Part shown: one piece after another, positions 35,529 to 49,600 of the stretch
Layout of the letters: every line of letters begins with the position of its first letter
How positions within the stretch are numbered: position 1 is the stretch's first letter
Assembly: GCF_000315625.1 (NCBI RefSeq)
Contig: NW_005434669.1
Span: forward strand, 62,001-126,000
Direction: 5' to 3'
Length of the DNA: 64,000 nt
DNA from: Guillardia theta CCMP2712
Lineage: Eukaryota > Protista > Cryptophyta
Notes under the pieces: model-generated
Told to the model about the DNA's origin: nothing
What the model saw: the letters and a program-made list of their open reading frames with translations, nothing else
Databases searched by the model: none
Translations under genes and position numbers: made by a program

Positions 35529-38414
35529 ATGACCAGTCGCGACGTTCCGCTTCCTTTCATGCAGGAGCTCCCGAGATTTCCATACGTGGCCGATGAAATG
35601 GTGAATCACTCAAGGTTCTCAACTTCGGAGGGGTATCCGTACCGTGGGCTTCGAGGTGGTTCTGTACCATTGTACGATACACCAGCACAGGATAACATCA
35701 ACTATTCCACATTGCCTTCTGTGCCAATATTCCCTTCAAGCCAGGAGAGATTTGGAGTCGATTATTGGCCGCAAAGGTTCCCCAAGAGATCTTTCTTTGA
35801 CAACAAAGGAAAGGTTTTCGGCGATGAAGCCAGCCTGCTTGGTGATCCCGCTAGCTTCAGTTCCTCACCTCTGGTCTTCTGGCTTACTATGGTTTAGATG
35901 CCATGCAACTCAGGCGATATGTCGACAGGAAGTTCAGATCCAGCGAGCAGGTAAGCGTTTCCCTTCTTGAATCATCAAGAGAGGCAGAGGTGCTGAATGT
36001 CTTGGAATCAGCTCGATACCTTTTACAGCAATTTCTTCGACGATTCTGCGCTCTTTGGGGATAGATTCACAAGTCAACCTGACACCTTCGAATCGCTCGA
36101 AGGCAAACTTAGCCTTGCACTGCAGATGCTCCGTGAATGGTAATCAAAACCTCCTGCAAAAATGTTGCGGTCGGTTGTTGCTGATACATTCTGTCATCAA
36201 AGCATGAGAGAGAAGGAGAAGATGTCAATGGAGTTCAATGAGTTGCACAACGGTTCTTCTGGTATGTTGTTCAACTGAGGGAGAACATGGCTGAGCAAAT
36301 GGAGCAGAGAGCCGCTTGAGCGTACAGAGAGAAAAGGAGCAAGTTGAGCGTGAGCTGATCTCAGCAAAGAATTCTCTTGATGAGCTGCTGAAGGTCAGCT
36401 CAGTCAAGATTCTTGACAGAGCGAGATTCTGTGACCCCGCTTACAGGAAGCTCAATACTTGCGTTCAGAGCTCAAGAAGAAAACGTTCTCATCCGACTCC
36501 CGGAGGATCGTCGCTCGAATCAACACGCAAGGATCAGGATGGGATAGTCAAAAGGAGGAGGTTGGTGATGGCGGCTAGATATTGGTTTTAAGTTGACTGC
36601 TGTGAAGATCTTCGTCAAGAATCTGGCGGGAATAGCCGGGATATCTGAAGAAGATGTACACATTCTCGAGTCGGATGGAGCTGGGCTATTACATTTCATC
36701 TTGGACATGAAGGAGGAACCGCTTGCCGAGCTTCTAGCCAAGGTTTCCGTAATCTGTATGTCTTGAGTTCTGAATTTTGAGCTCAAGATTCGGAAGGAGA
36801 TGTCAGACAGTTCGAGCTTCCTGATGCGAGCGCTCAAGATCGAATGGATTCGTCCTCCTGAGTTCCTCAGGGTGACCGAGGCGGAGAAGACGATTCAGCA
36901 GCTTAGAATGCAGCTTATGCAGAAAGAACACGAACAAAAGGATGACGTAAGGCTCGACCTCCTCATCTTCTCTTCCTTGCTCTTGCATTTGGCCTTAGTC
37001 CATTCTTTTGCTTCTCTGGGACTTTCCTGGCACCTTTTGTTTCGAACCTCCTTGTGTGATGCTTTGTCACAGAAAGAGAGGCTGGAAAAAGCTCTTGCAA
37101 GAGAAAAGGGGCTGCAAGCAAATCTAGAGGAGGTAATTCGGGCTTCAAAGAATCAGTCTGACCTTCTGGCACAAGTAATATCCTATATTGCCTTTGCCTT
37201 CGTCCTGTCTTGGTCTTCGTCCTTGAATGTCTATCTTGCGTATCATGACCGATCGTGTGATCTTTTGTGACAGAGCACGGCCAAACAAGAAGAGTTGGAG
37301 AGAAGGTTGCATGCTGAAGTGAAGCACAGCACAGAGGTTTGAGATCTCTTGTCCTCTCAAACAAACGTCTGCTTGCTGACGGTCTCATATCAGATGAAGA
37401 ATTACTTCGATGAGATGAACCCCTCCAAACTGCAGAAGATGGAAGAAGACATGTTCCAGAAGCTCGACTACGAAAGCAAGCGAGCTCAACATTACGAGGA
37501 GGAGTGCAAACGCCTTGCGGGAGAAAACAAGAAATTGCTGCAGGCAGCTCGGGAATCGAAAAGCCTTGATCTCACGATCGCCGACCACCAGCAGAGGAGG
37601 GACAGTCTGATCAAAGACAACAGCGTCTTGCAGAACAGGATCGACAGCCTCGAGGCTCAAGTGCATGAGAAGACGCGGGAGTTGATGGATGCAGAAAGGA
37701 CGATTGCAGAGTTGCGAAGGGAGAAAGATGAGAGTGACAGGAAGATCCAAAGCTTACAGGACAAGGTTGAGGAGCAGGAGCGTGAGATCCGCAGTAAGAA
37801 CTCGAGTGTCACCAGTCAGACAAGACAAATCAATCTTCTGTCCTCCAAGTTGCAATCTCTTGAAGAAGACAAGAAGGAATCTCAGCGTTCGGAATATTCC
37901 AGAGCGAGGAAGTTGGAGGCCGATCTTGAGGATTGCGCATCAAAGGTCTAATTGCATGTTTTGTTGAGATGTTGCGTGAACGATTGTGCCAGCTGGCTGA
38001 GAAAGAATCGATCATCTCGGACTTGGACAGGGAAATCAACAAGCTGAAAGAGCTTGTACGTCTGGTAAGATTGATGAACATTACATGTCAACTTTCTCAT
38101 GCTTTACTTTCAGAAAACAACAGCTGCTTACAATTCAAGTGCTGAAGCTGACAAGTTGAGGTCTGGAACTTGAATCGCACTTATATCTCGCTGATTCAAC
38201 AGTTTCAAATAGAGAAGAGAACGAACAGATGCAGGAAGCGCTTGCCAAGGTGAAGAGACGAAAGTGAAAACCATCTGATGACCTTCTTATTTAACAGGGT
38301 GGATTGGACAAGATCAACAAGGACAAACAAGCTTACATCACAGAGATTGAAGAGCTGAAGACGAAGAATCGCGCATTGCTCAACCGCCTGATTGACATCG
38401 ATGAACAAAAGTAG
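35529..38414 (+). CDS. Long coiled-coil hypothetical protein
   Basis: Many short GT-AG introns joining heptad-rich exons (e.g. 37394-37946); ends ..NRLIDIDEQK* (TAG 38412-38414). Confidence 0.7.
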
Positions 38415-39148
38415 TCTAAAGATGTTTGATGATGAAAACTCTGACCCACTTACAGACGTTGACAATACAAGGGCACTCCTACGATCTACATATCTCCCGT
38501 CGTATCTCACATGATTTGAATAATGAATATTGCAGTACTATCTTGGTCATGTTTCATATCCGATGCTTTCGTGGATCCTCTTTTCTCCATCATCGCCCAC
38601 AATTTTGATACTCTTGCCCTCCTCTCCTCTCCCTTATCTCCCCTTATCTCCCCTCCCCTCCCCTCCTCTCCCTCCTCTCCCTCCTCCCCCCTTTCCCTTC
38701 CCTCCTCTCCCTCTCCTCTCCTCTCCCTCCTCCTCTTCCCCTCCCCTCCCTCTGTCTCACGTCCTCGCCCTCGCCAGTGTTTTGGACATTCCCCCCGACT
38801 TCGACAGCCTGTACTCTGGTTAGAACCAAAAGGGGGTAGAGGGCCGAAAATTTGATTACTACCGGTACTTTTAAGCTACGAAGCTCTACGGAAATCAAGG
38901 GTGGGGTCATATTTCGTTCTTGCCAGGGTAGTAGGGTAGTCCACATACAAACTCGAATCCAATGATTGAGGTGGAGGGAGAAACAGGAGGAGGAAGGAGG
39001 AGGGCAAACATGAACACGAAGGAGAGGGTTGAAATCCGTTTCAGAACTAGATGTTTGTCGTTTCTGTAGAGTCCTCAACTCTTTCATTTCGATTTTCTCC
39101 TCTTACTTCAAGAATTCGCAGAAACACGACAAGAAAAATCAAATCTGT

Positions 39149-40489
39149 ATGGATTTGGATCTGAACAAGTAAAACCCATCATGTTCATCCTATCCTGCAT
39201 CCTTTGACGTTTCTTCCAGAGCTGCCTCCCGACTGAAGAAGGAGCAGAAAGTGCGTGCTGGGAACGATCCATAGTCTTGTTCATCCTGACGTTGTGAAAT
39301 CCCAGAGTTTGCAAGAGAAGGAGAAGGAGAGGAAACTCAAAGAAAAGTGAGGTTTGATGATCGCAACTCGCGGTTCTGATGTTGTCTCTCAGAAAAATCC
39401 AAGAGGAAGTGAGGAGAAAGAATCAAGAACTTGAAGAGCAGGTGCGAAGGAGGCGATTTGGTGTCGATCCTGGTGTTCACAGCATGCAGGCCAAGCGGCG
39501 TAGGGAGGAGATTCTGAAGAAAGAGGCCGAGCTCGAGGTTGATCTCTGACGTGCGACAGACCGATCGTAGCTAAACCCTCTCGATGCTCCTGTCAGGCCG
39601 AGAAGCAGAAACAATATGAGAAAACAGGGGGGGTTGACTTCGTTGAAACGTACAGGTCGGTTTCTTGAGTGACAGCATCGAGCGCTTGAGACTTCGAACA
39701 ACTTCTGATCATGGTCTGTAGAGCTGTAGTTCTGGCACGAGAGGAATGGAGCCATAGCGACCGAGTTACCCTCCCTCCCTCTGCCTTGAACGCGTTGCAA
39801 GTGAGTATAAAAGGATGTCTGCGTCGTTGTCATTCCTGTGCTTGCAGTTCAAGGGAGCAATAGATGTTGGCGGACCTCTGTTCTTCGAGCTCACAACAAA
39901 GTCTGGCGACGATGATAGTTGAGTTGTCTCTGAATTGCCTTGATGTCTTCAGGGAGGGAGGAAGAACACACTGCGGTGTGCTCGAGTTTGTCGCGGAAGA
40001 AGAGACTATTGGGATTCCTCCTAAAGTGATATTTGAAACCCGTTGACTCTGATAATATGTCTTGTTTGTGATGATGATGATGATGATGAAAACGATGATG
40101 ATGATGATGAAAACGATGATGATGATGATGAAAACGATGTAGATGATGAAAACGATGATGATGGTTATGATAGTTGTTGATGATGATCTCATTGACATTT
40201 GTTTTTCCAGGTGCAGATGTGCTTGGGCGCAGTAACTGAAGCCAACGAGACGATTGAGGTGAAATAAAAACCAGAGAAGAGAAAGAGGAGGGGAATAGAA
40301 GGTGAAAATATCAGCTGAGAACGCGACAGGGGGGATTTAGCACTAGGATTCAAACGAAGTATGTGAGATTGCCAAAAGGTCAATGCTTCATAATCATACT
40401 CATTTGTAACTTCGTGCAAACAGGAGAGTCCGTCAGCTTACAACCTCGGAACAAGTAATGATGATGACGATGGAGATGATGATGATGGA

Positions 40490-40529
<40 letters not shown>

Positions 40530-42776
40530 GGCATGATGGTGATGCTGGAGATGATGAATTTGATGATTATGACAGCCATTCGGATGATAGCGATTGTTGT
40601 GATGTTTCCCATGATGAATCTGTGTGTTGTTGTGAATGTTATTTGACATGGACACAAAAGATCTTTCTCGGACTACATGTCATCTCTTGACATGAAACAA
40701 TCCAAACCCGTTTACGATTCGTCGCGCGGAAAGTGAGAGATTGTAACCTGGATGGATATTTGAACTTGCTCATTCCAACATGTTCAGATGGGTTTTACCA
40801 GGATTAGAGGGGGTTTTACACACAGCTCTCCAGGTTCTTTCCCTTCTTCATTCCTCTGTCATATTCTTTCTCTCTGTGATGACTCCGCTTCCTCCTATTC
40901 TTGCCCTACCCCTGTCCTCTTCTCCTTCTTTCTCCCTCTTCTCTCCTCTTACCCTCCTCGTACTCTCCTCCTGATCTCTCCTCCTACTCGTGTTCTTTGC
41001 TTCCTGCTCCCCCTGTCTTGAGCTCTCGTGACTTGATCGGTGATTCACGTTTCCTGCACTTTTTCCATCAATCGATCAGTCTCTACCTCTCAGTCCATCC
41101 TTCTCCTCCTTCCTTGCACTTTCTTACGTCTCTCTTACTAGGGGCTCTCAACCCTGACTGTCGGAGATGTCGTGAAGGTAACTACCACAAGAACAATGTT
41201 TTTCCTCTCAACTCTGACGGACACGTCTAGGTTGTGCACAACGACAAAGAGTTCGAGCTGCAAGTCCTTCAGGTCTGACGCTTTACAGCTCCAAACCCTG
41301 TGCGCTTTTGACATTCCCAAAGTTGCAACCTGAAGATGCGGTGATGCTTGTCGATACCGACATTCAGGTTTACATGGATTCCTACTCCTGCTCCTCCTGC
41401 CCCTGCTCTTGCTCCTGCTCTTGCTCCTGCTGTTTTGGCCCGCTCCTCTTCCTCCTCCTCTTCCTGCCCTGGTCCCCGCTCCTGCTTCTCCAGATCTTCA
41501 AAGAACATTCCAATTTATCTCCTTCGTCTCCTTCCTCTCCCTTCCTTGTTCCCCCCCGCTGCTTTTCACTTGCTTCTACAGGTAGACATCACGCCTTCCA
41601 AAGCTGAGGTAGACGAGATGGAAGCAGAGGAGGTGAGAGAGAAGAACTTACTCAGTTGACACAAGTCAATGACCACGTGCGAAGGCAAGAAAGCGAAGAG
41701 AAGCGGAAGAGAATGAGAAGAAAGAAAGGTCAGACTCCTCCTCCTCCTCCTCCTCCTCCTCCTCCTCCTCCTCCTCCTCCTCCTCCCATCCTCCTCCCAT
41801 CCTCCTCCCATCCTCCTCCCATCCTCCTGCCTCTCGATCGCATCGTCGAGAATGAGCTCTCATACAATCAGAACTGTATTGTTCACTTGTTTTCACTTCA
41901 CTCCAACCTTCTTGTGACATCTTGTCGTCGCTTCACTGCAGCATCTCCTCCATTTTCTTCTCACATCTGTCTTCTCCGAATCTTCTCTCTTACTCTCATT
42001 CTCCTTTCCTCTCTCACACCTCGCTCCGCTACCCTCCAGGATCATCGCAGACAGAAAGAAGTCCGCTCAGTCCAGGTTGACACCCGAGCCAGCTGGAAAT
42101 GAGGCCGAGGTGAGGAAATCTCAACAACATAATGGCTGACAGGAAGCTTGTCAGATGAGCTTGATAGCTGTGAAACTTCCTAACGGCAAAAGAATTCAAC
42201 GACGCTTTCTCCGTTCATCCACTCTCCAGGTATTTACACATAGTCGTCGTCGTCGTCGTCCTCCTCCTCCTCCTCCCCCCCCCCCCTCCCCCTCCTCCTT
42301 GTCACTTCGTCTTCCCTCTTCCCCTCACTTTCATACATTCCACGACTTGTCTTCTCTCGCTCTTCTTTCTCACACCTCTGCTTCAGAATCTCTTCGACTT
42401 CATCGATGCAGAGAGCGATTTTGCATGCCCCAAGTACAATGTCTGCACAGCGTTTCCTCGAAAGGTACCTTCCTCCTCCCCCACCAATTCAACCTCCTTT
42501 TACTCCCGCAGTCTGTTTCTGACTTCCACCAGGTTTTCAGCGAGGACATGGCAGCACAAACTTTTGAACTTGTCGGCCTAGTCCTTCCCCAGGCATGTAG
42601 ATCGTACCTGAGTTGTGATGCTATGTATTTCCTCTTCCTCCTTCTCTTCTTTCCTTCTCTCTCGCTTTATCCCTCCTCCCTCGCCCATGTCGCTGAAATC
42701 TCTCGCGTTGTCGCGTGATCGCTCTAACTCAAACGTTTCACAGGAAGTAGTCATGGTAGAGCCAATCGATTCCTAA
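39149..42776 (+). CDS. UFD1-domain protein with N-terminal coiled coil and C-terminal UBX domain
   Basis: SDRVTLPPSALNAL, GPLFFEL, THCGVLEFVAEEETIGIPPKV, STLTVGD, AVMLVDTDIQVD (UFD1). IAVKLPNGKRIQRRFLRSSTLQNLFDFID...TAFPRKVF...FELVGL (UBX). Confidence 0.88.
40070..40600. repeat. (GAT)n microsatellite clusters in UFD1-UBX introns (40070-40190, 40458-40560)
   Basis: Directly visible; source of poly-M/H/I artefact ORFs. Confidence 0.9.
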
Positions 42777-43099
42777 TAAAATGAAATTGAGTCATACCGA
42801 TGACTGATGATGACTCAGTGAAGATCGGTCGGACCGTGATCATTCAACTCAGCCTGCCGATGATGATAATGTGATCAGTAATCAGTGATGATGGCCCGGT
42901 ACTTTAGCCTGGCAACTGTGCCACGCCGCCGGGTGTGACCTACTAAATGTATAACTTACACACAAAGATCAATTTACTACGTAAATACAGTCTGAATTGT
43001 ACTAGTGACACCAGTTTTCACAGTCAGGTCGACGTCCGACTATCAGTAGTGATACCCCCTGACTGTCATACACTCTCTGACTCAGAGCCAGTGTTCCGT

Positions 43100-43928
43100 T
43101 CAGCAGCCGGATTCCAACGTCTTCCCACTGACAGGAGCGATTGGTATGTCTCCCGTCACATAGGTATTGATTTGTCCTATCTCAGAGCCAACCACCTGTA
43201 GTCCGAGAGTTGCTGTCGCCTGTTGTCTACCATTCGCAGCCGGCGGATTGATGTTGGTCGGATCCTGTTCTTCGTGAGAACAGCAAACCGCACACAGAAC
43301 AACGGATAAAGCGAATTGGTAGAATGCCAGTAGCACGTTCAAGAGAGCGATGGTCAAAACGCTTCCCTTGTATCTGGTGCAGAAGTCGGAATATCTGTTT
43401 TCAGACCTATCTAGAAAAGGATTTCACGAAACAAAGTAGCAATGCATGCTTGTACTAACCACAGAATTGGGTCGCTTCTAGCTTGTCATCTGAAGACAAA
43501 CTCCCTCCGTTGAGGGCCAAGATAGTCCCCACAATGAACAACGCAAGCAGACCTCCCGTTCCTGCTGTTTTCTTTGTTTTCTCGACGAACGCACCAACGA
43601 TACCGGAAACGATGGGGAAAATAGCAGGAAAGAATCCACAGGCAGAGAGAAGTTCAAGAAAGTGAATTGTTGCTCTGCGGTTGTCTTTACATTGTTGGTA
43701 TTCGGTTTTAGGTGTAAAGATACTAAGAAAATCAGCGTAATCAGCGCTGTAATCAGAGGAAGGGTCCGTGGGAGATTTGTAGATATAACACCTGTCGTCA
43801 GGGATCTTGAGGGTGGACACCGTGACGATTCCTGCAATGAGGAGAGCTAAGCCGAAGACAGCATTGAGGAGGCACAGAGGAAGGATGTGAGTTTGAACCA
43901 CGGATGGTGCGATGCAGCAATTGCACAT
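43100..43928 (-). CDS. Four-TM membrane protein with Cys-containing loops (tetraspan-like topology)
   Basis: Two exons (ORFs 43455-43940 and 43100-43357), four hydrophobic segments, Cys clusters near the membrane ends. Confidence 0.7.
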
Positions 43929-44771
43929 GGCGTTGAGCACAGGCTAGTTCTCAGCAGGCGGATCGGCGGCCGCTGGTCGGAGTCACCGTGGCACGTAGTA
44001 CCATACGGGTCGAGGGGGTCTGCCGTACTACCGGGGCTCTCGCTGAGTCAGTGAACCCAGAGCGGCTCAGTGGGGGGTGGGGGTCCGTCGGCAAATGACC
44101 GTAGGGGGTAGGGTAGCGGTAACGTGCTTTGTCAAACAAGCTGCCAGTGACTCCCGAACTTGAAGGGGACGGGATCACTGGGCCACTTTACTCATGACAG
44201 TCTCTTTACTCAAAGTTAAGTTAAAAATCAGTACGAGATGGCATGACAGTCAGTACAACTTGGGTGAGTCGCGGTCGGTACTGCCCGTACGTTCACTCCC
44301 GAGTCCACTGGCAGTGGGCCCGCCGGTCACCGGTTGCGGCCAACGCCGGTAGTACTATAGTACCGCGCGGCATCACGGCCATACGAGGGCCATGAAGCAG
44401 GCCATCACCCGGCGGCCCATCACCCGGCCTCATGCCTTCGCTGTTGAACGGTTCATTGCCATGTTCGGCATCGCCGGCGAGATCTAGGCTACTAGGCTCC
44501 GAGGCCAGCTCCGAGGCTCCTTGACCGTATCTTTGTTCTGAGAAATTGAGGCGGGCCCGGTAGGCGAATACCAATCAGGTTGCAGAAAGCGGAGGGAGTG
44601 GCGAGAAGGGAAGGAGGAGGATAACTATGTACTTGAAGACAGTCAGCAAACAGCACGATGGTTGTAATTTGTTGTGAATGATTGTGAAAGCACACAACTG
44701 CATTCTTTCATATCGTGAGAATTGGTTTGCACAGGGTGGTTTGATCACAGACGGTTGAGCGAGAGGAAGAG

Positions 44772-45802
44772 ATGATGAAAATCGTGCTGCTCCTGCTCGC
44801 CCTCGCCGTCACCTCAGCTAGTGACGTCGTCGTCCTGGATTCGGACAACTTCGACAGGTTGCCCGACCTCTCATTCCTGTCATCAGCGACGAGGAAGTCT
44901 GTTTAACTTGTGTTTGTACGTCTGTTTGCTTGCAGATTGACAAAGGAAGGTGTATGGTTCATCAAATTTTATGCACCGTGATTTCTCTTTCCCTTGGCCG
45001 TGCCTTCACTCGTAACATGACAGAGCAGATGGTGCGTTCATTGCAAGCGTTTGGCTCCTGTGTGGGAGAAGCTAGCGAAGGAATTGAAGGGAACGCCCGT
45101 CAGGTGACAAGACTTGTGATGGAAGATATCTCACAAGGACACCCTAGAGTCGGGAAAGTAGATGCGGATTCAGATTCAGAACTCGCTGAGAGGTTTGCTA
45201 TTCAGCATTATCCCACTTTGAAGATCGTGGGTAAGATAAGTTCTATTTGCTCCAAGGATCCAACGACCTTGTTTTGACGTGCACGTCGGAAAGATGGCAA
45301 GAAGATCTCCGATTACTCGGGCGAGAACAGTTTCGAAGCGGTGATCGCAGCTGTGCTTGCGCCAATTGGTACTGACAGCTCGGCAAACGCTTCAGCTTCA
45401 CAAACATGTGCACGATTATTTGCAGAAGAACAAGTCCATTCTCAACCCCAGCAAACAAACTAGGTCGGGGAACCTCCTGTCCTCGATCAGGTGAAGTTAT
45501 GCAGGAGATACATGTTGTTCGGTGACAATCATGTTGGCAGAGATTTTGCTGAGCAGCTTGCAAGCGACTCCATAGGCTTGTAAGTGATGATGATGATGAT
45601 GATGGAGATGATGATGGAGATGATGAGATGCCCTCAAATTTTCAACTGACATGGTGAGACACAGATATACGACCATAGTCTTCTTCGTCGGCTTCTTCAT
45701 TGGCGTACAAGCTCGTATGTGTCAGTATGTCTTTCTTGACATCCCCTGCAGGTGCTTGCTGGAGTTCTGTTTGCAGTGCGCGAGAAAGACAAGATTATGT
45801 AA
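44772..45802 (+). CDS. TMX/PDI-family thioredoxin, type I ER membrane protein
   Basis: Signal peptide, [33 protein letters not shown], C-terminal TM and KDKIM* (KxKxx ER-retrieval signal). Confidence 0.9.
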
Positions 45803-45815
45803 ACTAGCATGGAAT

Positions 45816-46408
45816 TTTAATGTTGTGAATGCAACACGCATGACTGAACGTGGTTGAAACTGAATGCTGTTCTTGCTATCTCCTGTTCCGCAATGATCAG
45901 AAAGTTCAGCTTGTAGCAAGTAGAATATAAGGCTGGTATCTGTCCATACGCGTTGATTTACCGCCGTATGGCCATCAGCAGCCGGATATCTAGCACATCA
46001 CAACATGCCATGAACCGAACTTGAGCTCAGGCCACGTCGATGCGTGCACGAGTGAAGAACATCTTGTAGAAACTTTCATACCTGTTGGTCTCACTGATCG
46101 ATGAAAAAGACAGGAGAAGATTAATCCTTCTGAACACCAATAGAAGAGAACACGCTCTCAACTTTTCAGTTCCCACCGGTCATCACTTGTTCATCTCTCC
46201 TCTGATCTGTGCTTGTCTTCTCCCTCCTCTCCCTCCTCTCCTCTTCCTCAAATCTCCTTCTTCCTCCTCTCCCTCCTTTCCTCTTCCTCAAATCTCCTTC
46301 TTCTTCTTCCTCCTCCTCCTCCCCTCAACCCTCCTCCCCTCAACCCTCCTCCCCTCTACGTCTTCTCCTTATCCACATTTCTGCATCGTCACTAGTACTC
46401 TCGCCATT
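45816..46408 (-). CDS. Possible small multi-exon hypothetical gene
   Basis: Series of short GT..AG-bounded segments after an ATG near 46408. No recognisable domain. Confidence 0.25.
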
Positions 46409-46610
46409 GCAACGGTGCAAATTGTATGTGACCCTCCCCGAGAAACACTGAAGGGCATGGGCCAAGGTGAAATGTTTTATAATTGAGGCATTAAGACAAT
46501 ATACCATAGGTCGTGTGTTAGTGGTCCTGGGTCGTGGGAGAGACGAAGGCGACCCTGCTCCCAGCTTTTACTCTGGGCGGGTCAGAAGGGAGAGGAGGGA
46601 AGGAGAGGAA

Positions 46611-49600
46611 ATGAGCAAGCAGTACAACCTCAAGGGATTGAAAGGTTGCTTGCTGCTCTGTTGTGAGATGTGCTGCTCATGCTTCTCTTGCAGACTCGAA
46701 CTCTGACGACGAGTTCTTCGTCGTTACAACACCATCGACCAACAAGAGCAAGCATGCTGCTAGGAGACTTGAAAGCAGCGACGAAGACTCTCCTCGTGAT
46801 GTTTTCTCCCTCTCCTCTCTCTTCCTCTCATGCTTCTGCTCTTCAGAGGCGAAGCCTTCAAGCTTCAGGAACCGACCGGCCCCGAGGGACGCAGCATCGT
46901 CCCCTGAGTCCGACGTTCCGCTGTCGCAAAGGAGCACGACCAAGAAGCAGCACACAAGTCAGTCGAGGACGGAAGAGAGCACGCCTACGAGAGTGATGCC
47001 GAAGAGAAGCTCTGCCATCAAGAAGAAGCAGGATCAAGACTTTGTCATGCTTTCCTCTGATCCTGAGGTATTCTGCCCTCTCAAGGGTGAGCACCCGACT
47101 GAGTGCAGCTCTGCAGGAGGAGGAGGAGGAAGAGGAGAAGGTCAGAAGCAAGAACAAGAAGGGCAAGCGCAATGGAGAGGTGGACACAGAACTCAAGCTG
47201 CTCCTATCGTTTGATGCCCTTGCTAGGAAAGTGCTTCGTCGGAGGACTGGAGGCCAGACAGCGATGAGGAGGAGGAAGACCGCCATGCACGAAGGAGGAA
47301 GGAAGCAGCACCAGGCCGAAGGGAGCAGCTGCAGGCCAGCCGCAGGTCCCTCTCTCTCGTGACTTGCTTATTGCAATCTCACACAACCTTGCAGAAGCTC
47401 AACAAAGTCAGACAAGTCGCACAAAGTACCTCAGAGCAAAGGCGACAAGTGAACGATGTCTGATTGGTCTGACAGGTGTCTTCCAAGGGAGCATCTTCCA
47501 GCAACAGAGGTGCATGAGAGCATTCGCTCAAAGATCTCCTTCGTACACTGAACTTGCGTTACAGCGAGCGGCTCACGATCCCGACGATCGACCGGGACGG
47601 CGCAGGCGAGGAGGGACAGGGTCAGCTCAGTGTTGGAGGCCGCCAGGAGGAGGAAGAGGAGCGATACTTCTAGTGATGAATCTAGCGAGGAAGCTTCAGT
47701 CGTGTTGGACACAAGTGACGGAGGTTGCTGCTGCTCCTCGATAGTCCTCGTTTTCTGACGTGTTCTTGCTATCAGAGGTTGTCGAGATTGCTTCCTCGTC
47801 GAAGCCATTCTCAGGTCTCAGCTGGAAGATCTGTGGCTCTTTGTTACCGCACTTGACGTGGCATGCAGGGTCAGGTTTCTCCGATGCGATCATTGAGCCA
47901 GGAAAGAAGAAGAATTCCAGCATCATATCATCGAAACAGGTACTTGTGACAATCATGTTGCTCTCAATCCGTTGAACTTCCCTATTTAGCTGCCTGTCTG
48001 CACCATCTGCTACAAGAAGCTTTTAGAACACATTCCAGGAGCAGAAAAGGGGCAGTCCTTTGAAATGCCGAAGAATCAAGACCCGATGGATGTCATCATG
48101 AAGCTTGTTTGGAACTTGTATGCTTCTCTTCCTGTTTCTGACTTTCACTGGAACCAGGGCAAGTCAAAGATCCCAGCCTTCATCTTTCCCGGGGCTCGCG
48201 AGTTCCGCGCGCATTACAAGGAAGTCCATCGAGCCTCCCATTGTCCCGAAGTCTCTCAGAACTACCTGAAGCAGTTGGTGTACAACTACCTGACGTCGTC
48301 AAACCGAGAGAAGAATTATTCGAGGATGAAGACGTCAACAGGCAACCAGGTGATCACTTCCGCTCCTCTGCCTTGCTCCCTTGATCTCGATCCGTCTCTC
48401 ACCCCGCTAAGCAGCAGGAGGAGTGGGACTCTGAAGACGAGCAGAAGATGCTCAAGAGCCATGCGATCAAGTCCGACGGAGAATTGATCAGGGACTATTG
48501 GGGAGCAAACAACCACAAGAGAGCGATGAAGTACAACTCGGTCGTGGAGACAGTGATTGAGGGGAATGGAAGCTTTTCTCCCATCCTCAAAGACGAATCG
48601 GATTCGGCTGCTGAGAGCTCGGCTGAGAGTTCCGACATCAATGATTTCATCGCGTCAGATAACGAATCTCTCAGCGAGGACGAGGACGAGGAGGAAGAGG
48701 TTGTGAGCGAGAGCAGCGGGGATAGGAGGATGAACAGGGGGAAGAAGAAGAATTCAAGGAGGCGGAAGGAGGACAGTGACGAATCGGAGTCGGAGGAAGA
48801 AGTCGAAAGGAGGAGGGGCAGAGGAACGAAGGCAAAGGAGAGGACTCGTCCTCCAAGAATCTCAATCCTGGCAGATCTCGAGCAAGAGAATCAGTCGAGG
48901 GAGGAGAGGAGAACTCGCGTTCCTCCCGAACCACAAGTGGGGGCCAGGTAATTTGTGCATCCTCCTCCTCACTCTGTCGCTCCTCATCTTGCCTGCAGCT
49001 CAAAACCCGATGGTTCAGCGTCTCCCGAGATCTCTCTGGGCAAGAAGCCAACAAGGAGCATCATGGAGGAGAGCGACGAGGAGAGTATGTCGGTGATATC
49101 TCCTCGAGTGACATCTTCCAACAAGTGAGTTGCTGAGTCACTTGTTACTGAATGCACACCAGCTTGCCTCCCTGACATGTCTTGCCAGGAAAAAACGAAT
49201 TCTGGACAGCGATGACGAGACTGCGGCATGCGTGGACAGCAAGGAGGGCAAGGAGAACAGCGAGAGCGACGGAGTCTCGTCCTCGCCAGTGAAAAGATCG
49301 CGGATTCGTCCTGCCAAGTTGGAGGAGGAGGAGGAGGAGGAGGAGGAGAACGCAGAGCAGCAAAAAGCTGCCAAGGGCTCGAGGTACGGCCTGCGAGAGA
49401 GGGTGACGAAAGAGGAGAAGTCAAGAGAAGAGTGGCACAGCATGCTGAAGGAGAGGAATCGCACCATCTTAAAGGATATGGAAGAGAAGCAGGAGGCAGT
49501 CTACATCAGCGATGATTCCCTTGGCGACTTTGTTGTGGAAGACGATTCTGCTATGCACTCCCAGGACTGGAGGCTGGCGATTGCGAGGGAGTCAGACTCA

